Below are positions 39,802-47,364 of a stretch of DNA of 64,000 bases, piece by piece (the stretch's first letter is position 1; the number at the start of each line of letters is the position of its first letter). Location: positions 1-64,000 of the IMG/VR virus record IMGVR_UViG_3300027759_000003, one strand, 5' to 3'. Origin of the DNA: a virus. Made by a program: the position numbers and the translations under genes. The notes beneath the pieces are model-generated. The model searched no databases and was not told the DNA's origin. It saw only the letters and a program-made list of their open reading frames with translations.

Positions 39802-39976
39802 CAATTTTACAATATATCCAGGCAAGTTTCCATGCAAAACTTGTCAAGAAGAAGTTAATTCTTTAAGGTATTGGAGAGAAACTGGTGATGCAACCTGGAT
39901 GTGTTCTAAAAAACATATATCTAAAGTTGGGTTAATTCCACCAAAAAGAAAAAAGAAAGACTTTGCTAATGAGTGA
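39794..39976 (+). CDS. Small zinc-binding protein
   Basis: CKTC...CSKKH. Confidence 0.6.
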   Translation: MSNNFTIYPGKFPCKTCQEEVNSLRYWRETGDATWMCSKKHISKVGLIPPKRKKKDFANE

Positions 39977-40259
39977 AAAAAGCGAGTCTAAAAGAATTGG
40001 GGCTAAACAACATAAAAACTCTGGTCGTAATAATAAAAAAGGCGATGCAACTTGGAGAAATTTTATAGTTGATTTTAAAGAAGTTGGAAAATCTTTTACA
40101 TTAAATAAAGATGTATGGGCTAAGGCTGTTACTGATTCAATAAAGTCGGGGATTGATAAGTCTCCAGCAATTGTTGTAATACTTGGAGAAGGTAATACAA
40201 AGGTAAGGCTTGCTATAATTGAAATGGATCTTTTAGAACAACTAACGGAGGGTAAGTAA
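39969..40259 (+). CDS. PD-(D/E)xK Holliday-junction resolvase-like nuclease
   Basis: E..E..NSGR...KGDA...IVDFKE pattern. Confidence 0.65.
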   Translation: MSEKSESKRIGAKQHKNSGRNNKKGDATWRNFIVDFKEVGKSFTLNKDVWAKAVTDSIKSGIDKSPAIVVILGEGNTKVRLAIIEMDLLEQLTEGK

Positions 40260-40260
40260 A

Positions 40261-40578
40261 ATGATAGAGCAAGTTAAACAAACAGGAACAACTATAGATA
40301 TGGTCAATGGTTTGACTGAGATTGCTGACTATATGAATGACGAAGAGTTAACAACCGCCTTAACAATGATTGCTAAATTAATCATTAAACCAGATGTTCC
40401 GTTTAATGTTGCTACTGTTGAAATTGTAAGACTTCAGGCAATTGCAGCAAAGATGTCATTCAAGGCAACCTGGATGGCTAATGTAGATAAAGGCGATAGG
40501 GCAAAGAAAAACATATATTTCACGGCAGCAGAATCAATTAACAACTTAGTGTCAGCACTTAAATACATAATACGCTAA
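40261..40578 (+). CDS. Hypothetical helical protein
   Basis: ORF track; coupled with neighbours; SD GGAGG. Confidence 0.7.
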   Translation: MIEQVKQTGTTIDMVNGLTEIADYMNDEELTTALTMIAKLIIKPDVPFNVATVEIVRLQAIAAKMSFKATWMANVDKGDRAKKNIYFTAAESINNLVSALKYIIR

Positions 40579-40580
40579 CC

Positions 40581-40589
40581 TGGTATACT
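40581..40589 (+). promoter_or_regulatory. Extended -10 promoter (TGGTATACT)
   Basis: Intergenic, upstream of the Cas4-like gene. Confidence 0.65.
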
Positions 40590-40609
40590 TATATAAACAA
40601 AGGATAAAA

Positions 40610-41455
40610 ATGAGTAAAAACTTACTAAAACAAATTATGATTAAAACAGATGAACCAAAACATAACGAAGATATTGGGTATACAGAAGGATTAGTAGACG
40701 CTATTCAACAAGGATATGTAGCAGATATTAAACCAAAGTTTACTAAGAAATATTCTTTTTCTCCATCAACACTTACTTATGGTGCTGGAGAGTGTGCAAG
40801 GTTTTGGTATCTTGCTTTTGATGGCGCAGTGTTTTATGATAATGCTGACCCATATGGTGTAGCAAATAGGACAAGTGGTTCTTTAAGCCATGATCGAATT
40901 CAAGATGCAATGATTAAAGCAGATATCTTAGATAAAAATATGGAGTTTGAAACAGAGCGTAAATATGGCAAACAAAAACATCCAGCATTAGAGTTTACAG
41001 TTAAGGTAGATGATCCTCCTATCTTTGGCTATGGAGATGTAATGCTTGACTATAAAGGTGAATCAATTCTTGGTGAAATTAAAACAATGCCAAACGATGG
41101 ATTTGAATATAAAAAAGCAAATAGAAAAGCAAAAGGCAAACACCTTATGCAATTACTAATGTATATGAAGGTATTAAAAAAAGATAAAGGTGTTTTAATT
41201 TATGAAAATAAAAATAATCATGAATTATTAACTTTGCCAGTATTAGTAAATGATGAATATCGTAACTGGGTTAATTACGCTTTTGACTGGATGAAACAAG
41301 TTCGCAAGGCTTGGACAGATAGAGATATTCCAGTAAAAACATATAGAGCAAACTCAAAAATTTGTAAAGTTTGTCCTATCCAAAAAGCCTGTGCAGAGGC
41401 AGAAGTAGGGGTTTTAAAAATTAAACCTCTTGAGGAATTAAGTGAAACTATGTGA
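40610..41455 (+). CDS. Cas4-like / RecB-family PD-(D/E)xK exonuclease with Fe-S cysteines
   Basis: SPS..ECAR, G..SH, GYGD, GEIKT, QLLMY and C-terminal CKVCPIQKAC. Confidence 0.85.
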   Translation: MSKNLLKQIMIKTDEPKHNEDIGYTEGLVDAIQQGYVADIKPKFTKKYSFSPSTLTYGAGECARFWYLAFDGAVFYDNADPYGVANRTSGSLSHDRIQDAMIKADILDKNMEFETERKYGKQKHPALEFTVKVDDPPIFGYGDVMLDYKGESILGEIKTMPNDGFEYKKANRKAKGKHLMQLLMYMKVLKKDKGVLIYENKNNHELLTLPVLVNDEYRNWVNYAFDWMKQVRKAWTDRDIPVKTYRANSKICKVCPIQKACAEAEVGVLKIKPLEELSETM

Positions 41456-41732
41456 TCGATGTGATAAGGCATTTAATCCCAAAGTAAGTTATCAAATTTA
41501 CTGCGGGATTGAGTGTAGAGACATTGCAACAAAAGATAAAATTGTGCAACGCTACCACATAACTCGTAGACAAAAAAGAATTGGCAAGGTAAGAAGATGC
41601 CTTGGTGGTTGTGGCGTAGACCTATCAATTTATAACGACTCTGGATTTTGTTCAAATTGTAATGTAAGTAAAAAAAATGTTGATAAAATGTTAAAACAAA
41701 TAAAGGGATTTTTTGATTATGAACAAGACTAA
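41442..41732 (+). CDS. Cys-rich zinc-finger protein
   Basis: CDRC..YCGIEC..CLGGC..CSNC. Confidence 0.7.
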   Translation: MKLCDRCDKAFNPKVSYQIYCGIECRDIATKDKIVQRYHITRRQKRIGKVRRCLGGCGVDLSIYNDSGFCSNCNVSKKNVDKMLKQIKGFFDYEQD

Positions 41733-42309
41733 ATGGGGTGCAGCAGTGGAACCAAATAAAATATGTGCCATTGATGCTAGTACTAACAGTCTTGCTTTTG
41801 CGTTATTTGAAAATAAAAAACTTGGGACTATTGGAAAAATAAAATTTGAAGGTAATACTAATTATGAAAAAGTAATGGACGCTTGTGCTAAAACAAAAGC
41901 ATTTTTTGAATACTCTGGTGGATTTGAAGCAATAGTAATTGAACACACAGTCTTTATGAATAGTCCTAAGACTGCTGCAGATCTTGCATTGGTTCAAGGT
42001 GCACTGCTTGGTGCAGCAGGGCTAACTGGAACAAAACAAATAGGAACCGTAGCCCCAATTACCTGGCAAAACTATTTAGGAAATAAAAAATTAAGTAAAG
42101 AAGAACAACTAGAAATTAGATTAAAAAATCCTGGAAAATCAATCTCTTGGTATAAAACATTTGAACGGCAGATAAGAAAAGAAAGGACAATGAAATTAAT
42201 TGAAATCAACTATGATAAAATCATTAACGATAATGACGTTGCTGACGCTTGTGGTATCGGTCACTGGGCTATTAATAATTGGAATAAAGCAGTAGGAGGA
42301 ATAGAATAA
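41719..42309 (+). CDS. RuvC-like resolvase
   Basis: ICAIDAS, IVIE, NDVADACGIG acidic catalytic pattern. Confidence 0.8.
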   Translation: MNKTKWGAAVEPNKICAIDASTNSLAFALFENKKLGTIGKIKFEGNTNYEKVMDACAKTKAFFEYSGGFEAIVIEHTVFMNSPKTAADLALVQGALLGAAGLTGTKQIGTVAPITWQNYLGNKKLSKEEQLEIRLKNPGKSISWYKTFERQIRKERTMKLIEINYDKIINDNDVADACGIGHWAINNWNKAVGGIE

Positions 42310-42953
42310 TGCCAGAGTTAAATGCAAACATACCTCCCATAGAATGTTATGTGCGTGGAAACTATTTAAGGAATCAGTTAGATAGTCATGATAAGTATTT
42401 TCCATGTGTTATATTTGGTGTTGCTAGTATAAAAAGCAGAAGCCCTTTATTTCACATAATGATGGAAGATGGTGGGTTGTGGTGGAGATTACCAATTAGT
42501 GCATTTTGTACAAAACCTGGAGTTCCTGAAATAGACTTACACAATTTAGTTTTATGGAACGCTTTTAGTCATCACATATCTGTGACTAAATTTGAAAACC
42601 TTACAAACCTTAGAATGTCATACATCGATAGAACAAAAACAATGCATAAAGGTACTTACTTGTTTACTCTTGATTGGCATAACCCAGATAACAACGTAAT
42701 AGATGATGGATACTCTGAGAGTCCTTCTGAACATAAATGTGGACATGTAATACAAAGAGATGATGGAAACTTTGCTATTCAACCTAACAACAGAGTTCGC
42801 ATATACGAACCTTCTTTTACTTTAAAAAAGGACTATGTCATAGATAGAATAATTAATGATTATAAGTGGGACGTAGAAAATCAAGACAAGTGGACCTTAG
42901 AAGACAGTGATAGGTTTAATTATGATATTAATGAGACTGAGGTTGACAAATAA
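42309..42953 (+). CDS. Conserved phage protein of unknown function
   Basis: LNANIPP..., YLFTLDW, SEHKCGHV, GNFAIQPNNR; SD AGGAGG. Confidence 0.75.
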   Translation: MPELNANIPPIECYVRGNYLRNQLDSHDKYFPCVIFGVASIKSRSPLFHIMMEDGGLWWRLPISAFCTKPGVPEIDLHNLVLWNAFSHHISVTKFENLTNLRMSYIDRTKTMHKGTYLFTLDWHNPDNNVIDDGYSESPSEHKCGHVIQRDDGNFAIQPNNRVRIYEPSFTLKKDYVIDRIINDYKWDVENQDKWTLEDSDRFNYDINETEVDK

Positions 42954-42971
42954 TCTTATGACTGGTAAACT
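42943..42971 (+). promoter_or_regulatory. SigA-type promoter TTGACA-17-(TGG)TAAACT straddling the HTH start codon
   Basis: -35 at 42943-42948, -10 at 42966-42971, with extended TG. Confidence 0.7.
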
Positions 42972-43113
42972 ATATACAAGCGAGGTTTGGCTTCGTAAGA
43001 GATATCTTATAGATAAAAAATCTCCACAAGACATTGCCAAGGAGTGTGGGGCAAGCATAGAAACAATCTATGTATACCTTGCAAAATTTGGATTAAGGAA
43101 ATCAAAACGATGA
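42958..43113 (+). CDS. Small helix-turn-helix protein
   Basis: WLRKRYLIDKKSPQDIAKECGASIETIYVYLAKFGL. Confidence 0.75.
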   Translation: MTGKLYTSEVWLRKRYLIDKKSPQDIAKECGASIETIYVYLAKFGLRKSKR

Positions 43114-43355
43114 GTAATAATTTAAACATTACGGTTGATCAAGTCAACCATCCTTTACACTACACGACTGATCCTAGTGGGGTTGAGTGTATACAAATTA
43201 CACGTCACCGCAATTTTAATATTGGAAATGCCTTTAAGTATTTGTGGAGAGCAGGACTTAAAGATGAACAAAAAACAATCCAAGATTTAGAAAAAGCAAT
43301 TTTTTATATTAAAGATGAGATTAATCGTTTAGAAGGAAAATATCATGTCAACTGA
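43110..43355 (+). CDS. DUF3310 / SaV-like protein (T7 gp1.7-like nucleotide kinase family)
   Basis: DQVNHPLHY..ECI..FNIGNAFKYLWRAGLK..QDLEKA.FY. Confidence 0.85.
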   Translation: MSNNLNITVDQVNHPLHYTTDPSGVECIQITRHRNFNIGNAFKYLWRAGLKDEQKTIQDLEKAIFYIKDEINRLEGKYHVN

Positions 43356-43878
43356 AACAGAATTGGTTCAACATTTAGATGAAGTAAACAAAGTAGTTAC
43401 AGAATATTTAAAGGGTCAAGACCCAACAAAAATATCTAAAGAACTAGACATGCCTAGAACTCGTGTTGTTGCATTAATTAATGAGTGGAAAGTTATGGCA
43501 TCTGCTAATGATGCAATTCGTGCACGGGCTAAAGAAGCCCTTGCTGGAGCAGACACACACTATAGCAAACTTATTACAAAGGCTTATGAGGTTATTGATG
43601 AATCAAGTATGACAAATAACCTTAGTGCAAAGACTCAGGCTATCAAACTTGTTATGGATATTGAAAAATCTAGAATTGAAATGCTTCAAAAGGCTGGTTT
43701 GTTAGAAAATAAAGAACTTGCCGAAGAGATGGTTCAAATTGAAAGACGACAAGAAGTCCTTGTTGAAATACTTAGAGAGATTGCTTCTACGCATCCAGAA
43801 GTTCGTGATTTAATTATGCACAGACTTTCACAAATTGCAAAAGAAGGCGAAGTGATTACGATTGTCCAAGATGTTTAA
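43345..43878 (+). CDS. Terminase small subunit (probable)
   Basis: N-terminal HTH, helical body; directly upstream of and overlapping TerL. Confidence 0.65.
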   Translation: MSTETELVQHLDEVNKVVTEYLKGQDPTKISKELDMPRTRVVALINEWKVMASANDAIRARAKEALAGADTHYSKLITKAYEVIDESSMTNNLSAKTQAIKLVMDIEKSRIEMLQKAGLLENKELAEEMVQIERRQEVLVEILREIASTHPEVRDLIMHRLSQIAKEGEVITIVQDV

Positions 43879-45646
43879 TGATTTTTTAGATGTACTAAAA
43901 GAAAATCAGTTTGATGAAAAACCAGTAGATGTTAAAACATTTGTTGAGTCATCTGACTATCTTGGTCAACCAACCTTGTCAGCAATCCAGTATGACATAG
44001 TTGAAGCAATGAGTCAGATATACAAGAAAGAAGATTTACAAGAACTTTATGGGTCTGTAGAAGGGGCTAGATACTATGACAAATATACAAAAAACGAAAT
44101 CATATTACAGTTGGGGAAGGGTAGCGGTAAAGATTTTACTTCCACTGTTGCTTGTGCTTACATTGTTTATAAGTTACTTTGTCTCAAAGACCCCGCAAGA
44201 TACTTCGGAAAACCAAGCGGGGATGCGATAGATTTAATTAACGTTGCCATTAACGCACAACAGGCTAAGAACGTTTTCTTTAAAGGTTTTAAAACAAAAA
44301 TTGAAAAATCTCCTTGGTTTGCAGGTAAGTATAATGCTAAGGCTGATAGTGTTGAGTTTGATAAATCAATCACTGTCTACTCTGGGCACTCAGAAAGAGA
44401 ATCTCATGAAGGTTTAAACTTGTTGCTTGCAGTACTTGATGAAATTTCTGGATTTGCTTCTGAGGTTGGAACTGGTAATGAACAAGGTAAGACTGCAGAA
44501 AATATTTATAAAGCATTTCGTGGATCGGTAGACTCTCGTTTTCCAGATCTTGGTAAGGTTGTTCTTCTTTCATTCCCTCGTTATCAAGGTGACTTTATTT
44601 CAAAACGGTATGAAGATGTAATTATGGAAAAAGAATCAATAGAAAAAAAACATACTTTTATTATGAATGAAGACTTACCACATAATGACCCAAACAATCA
44701 ATTTGAAATTACATGGGAAGAAGATCAAATTATTTCCTACAAAGTTCCAAGGGTATTAGCATTTAAAAGACCTACATGGGAAGTAAATCCAACAAGAAAG
44801 ATAGATGATTTTAAACTAGCATTTTATACAGACCTTGGTGATGCTATGATGCGTTTTGCATGTGTCCCAACGTATGCCTCAGATGCCTTCTTTAAACAAA
44901 AAGAAAAGTTAGAAAAATGTATGAATACAAGAAATCCAATAGATTCGTTTAAAAGGTTTGAAGAAACATTTAAACCAGATCCAGAAAAAATGTATTATAT
45001 CCATGCTGACCTTGCACAAAAACATGACAAGTGTGCTGTTGCTATTGCACATGTTGATAAATGGGTTAACATTCAAGTTATTAAAGATTATGAGCAGGTA
45101 GCCCCTATAGTTGTTGTTGACGCTGTTGTGTGGTGGGAACCAAGATCAGAAGGTCCAGTTAATTTATCTGAAGTAAAACAATGGATAATTAATTTACGCA
45201 GAGAAGGATTTAATATTGGCATGGTTTCTTTTGACCGCTGGCAATCATTTGATATTCAAAATGAACTACAGGCTGTTGGTATTAGAACAGAAACTGTTTC
45301 AGTTGCCAAAAAACATTATGAAGATTTAGCAATGATGATTTATGAAGAGCGAGTAGCAATTCCTATGATTCCATTATTGTTGGAAGAAATGTCAGAATTA
45401 AAAATTATGAAGGGCAACAAAGTAGATCACCCTCGTAAAAAATCCAAGGACTTAGCGGATGCGGTCTGCGGAGCGGTATTTGGGGCAATATCTCATACCC
45501 CAAAGAATAATAATACAGAAATTGAGGTCCATACCTGGAGTTCTGCAACTCGACTTGCAGAAAAACAGCAACGTATGGTAGAATTAGATAATCGGGAAAT
45601 GCCTAACGATGTTAAGGATTTTCTAGATAATTTAAACTTAATATAA
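43862..45646 (+). CDS. terL: Terminase large subunit
   Basis: Walker A LGKGSGKD, Walker B LAVLDE, nuclease HADLA, FDRW, DHP..SKDLADA. Confidence 0.93.
   Translation: MSKMFNDFLDVLKENQFDEKPVDVKTFVESSDYLGQPTLSAIQYDIVEAMSQIYKKEDLQELYGSVEGARYYDKYTKNEIILQLGKGSGKDFTSTVACAYIVYKLLCLKDPARYFGKPSGDAIDLINVAINAQQAKNVFFKGFKTKIEKSPWFAGKYNAKADSVEFDKSITVYSGHSERESHEGLNLLLAVLDEISGFASEVGTGNEQGKTAENIYKAFRGSVDSRFPDLGKVVLLSFPRYQGDFISKRYEDVIMEKESIEKKHTFIMNEDLPHNDPNNQFEITWEEDQIISYKVPRVLAFKRPTWEVNPTRKIDDFKLAFYTDLGDAMMRFACVPTYASDAFFKQKEKLEKCMNTRNPIDSFKRFEETFKPDPEKMYYIHADLAQKHDKCAVAIAHVDKWVNIQVIKDYEQVAPIVVVDAVVWWEPRSEGPVNLSEVKQWIINLRREGFNIGMVSFDRWQSFDIQNELQAVGIRTETVSVAKKHYEDLAMMIYEERVAIPMIPLLLEEMSELKIMKGNKVDHPRKKSKDLADAVCGAVFGAISHTPKNNNTEIEVHTWSSATRLAEKQQRMVELDNREMPNDVKDFLDNLNLI
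45576..45584 (+). promoter_or_regulatory. Extended -10 promoter (TGGTAGAAT) inside terL 3' end
   Basis: TGn-TAGAAT with TTGCAG 18 nt upstream; would drive the surface-protein gene. Confidence 0.5.
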
Positions 45647-45662
45647 ACTAACAAGGAGAATA

Positions 45663-47261
45663 ATGAATTCATTTAAGAAACTTGCCACAGTCTTGGCTGC
45701 AGCCTTGACACTTGGCGTGATGTCGGCACTTCCGACACAGGCTACAGTATATGCTGACGTTGTCACCATTGATGCCGTAGCAGATACAATTAATCCTGGT
45801 GAGACTGCAACAGCAGTAGTATCAGTATCATTTTTGGGAACAAGTATTGGAGATACCGTTTCGGTAATATCTGCAGTACTATCTGCCCCATCTACTGCTA
45901 GCGTTCCACAGTTTGCCGTTACAGAAACATCTAGCGCAACAGTGGCACTATCAGCAGACACAAAAACAGCAGCAGTATCTCCAGCAACTAATACTTCTGG
46001 TTATGTTACTGCAAAGTTGACATCATCATTTTATGTGCCTACCGTCGCTGGATCATATGTAGTTAGATTTATTCCTACATTGACTAGCGCATCTGGTTCA
46101 GTTACATCTGCTGCCATTACATGGACAGTTACTGTTACCGCTCCAGACCTTAAGGCATCAACTGCTTATACAACATCTTTTATTAATACTGGAGAAACAA
46201 TTTCAGCAACAACAGATGCTACTGTATATGCTTCAAAGACAGTCTCATCTGATGCAGCAGCAGTTATTGTTTTAACTCAAAAGAATGCTGTTAATGCTTC
46301 TGCTTCAGAATCTGTTACAGCAACAATTTCAGGAGCGGGTATGTTGGGGTATGGTACAAACCATACAACAATTAACGGTCTTGGTAGATCATTAGTTGTA
46401 CCTGCAGGAAACTACATTGGAGTATTCTCTGATGGAACATCTGGAGTAGGAACAATTACACTTACTTCACAGTCTGGAGCATTATTAGCAACAGAGAAAG
46501 TAACATTTTATGGTGACATTGCCAAAGTTGTTACAACTGTAAAGAAGCCAGCAATTGCTGTAGGTTCTAACGCAGACGCAATTTCTGCCGTAGCATATGA
46601 TGCTGCTGGCGTAGTTGTAGGAGCAGGAACACTAACAGTTACTTCAAATGATCTTACAGTAATCAGCAACTCAGCAACAACTGCTTCTATCTCTAATGGT
46701 GCAGCGTTGTTTTCTTTGGCTGGTGTTAAGACTGGTTCAGTAGGTGTAGTAGTAAAGAGTGGAACAATCTCTGCAGACACAGTTACTGTGCGTGTAGAGG
46801 CTGCCGTTGCTTCTATTAAGTTGGCTTTTGATAAAGCAAACTATGTAGCAGGAGAGCAAGCCACAATTACTCTTTCACCAGTTGATGCAACAGGTGCCGT
46901 ATTGTCTGGAAAGACATATGCTAGCCTACTTGCTTCTACAGGAATTACTACAAGTTATTCCTTTGGTGGATCAAGCGATACCATTACTGCAACATCTATT
47001 ACAACTGACGCAAATGGTGTAAAAACTTACAAAGTTTATATGCCATTATCTGCAGGAGCAGTTACTATCAGCGCAACTGGTGGAACTGATTTACCAGCAG
47101 CAGGTCAAGTAAAGGTGTCAGCATCTGCAACAGTAACTGATTCAGCATCACAAGCACTTGCTGCTGTGGCTGCATTAACTGTAACCGTTGCACAACTTAA
47201 GACATTAATCACAACCTTGACTAATCTTGTATTAAAGATTCAGAAAAAGGTTAAGGCTTAA
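45663..47261 (+). CDS. Secreted Ala/Thr/Ser/Val-rich Ig-like surface (S-layer-like) protein
   Basis: Signal peptide MNSFKKLATVLAAALTLGVMSALPTQA; beta-rich Ig-type repeats; amphipathic C-terminal helix LKTLITTLTNLVLKIQKKVKA. Confidence 0.75.
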   Translation: MNSFKKLATVLAAALTLGVMSALPTQATVYADVVTIDAVADTINPGETATAVVSVSFLGTSIGDTVSVISAVLSAPSTASVPQFAVTETSSATVALSADTKTAAVSPATNTSGYVTAKLTSSFYVPTVAGSYVVRFIPTLTSASGSVTSAAITWTVTVTAPDLKASTAYTTSFINTGETISATTDATVYASKTVSSDAAAVIVLTQKNAVNASASESVTATISGAGMLGYGTNHTTINGLGRSLVVPAGNYIGVFSDGTSGVGTITLTSQSGALLATEKVTFYGDIAKVVTTVKKPAIAVGSNADAISAVAYDAAGVVVGAGTLTVTSNDLTVISNSATTASISNGAALFSLAGVKTGSVGVVVKSGTISADTVTVRVEAAVASIKLAFDKANYVAGEQATITLSPVDATGAVLSGKTYASLLASTGITTSYSFGGSSDTITATSITTDANGVKTYKVYMPLSAGAVTISATGGTDLPAAGQVKVSASATVTDSASQALAAVAALTVTVAQLKTLITTLTNLVLKIQKKVKA

Positions 47262-47279
47262 CAACTCCTTATAAAAATT

Positions 47280-47309
47280 GAGGGTAGATTAATTTCTACC
47301 CTCTTTTTT
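47280..47309 (+). terminator. Intrinsic terminator
   Basis: GAGGGTAGA/TCTACCCTC 9-bp stem plus T-run. Confidence 0.85.
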
Positions 47310-47321
47310 ATTGCATAAAAA

Positions 47322-47330
47322 TGGTATAAT
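47322..47330 (+). promoter_or_regulatory. Extended -10 promoter (TGGTATAAT)
   Basis: Right after the terminator; SD GGAGAG before TTG 47365. Confidence 0.7.
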
Positions 47331-47364
47331 TACTAATATAATTACACATTGGAGAGCCTTATAA

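Noticed and set aside
35511-45646. Inteins or introns in DnaE, RecA, TerL (also DnaB and NrdJ)
   Set aside because: Protein lengths are normal, motifs are collinear, and no C/S...HN splice junctions or homing-endonuclease motifs were seen.
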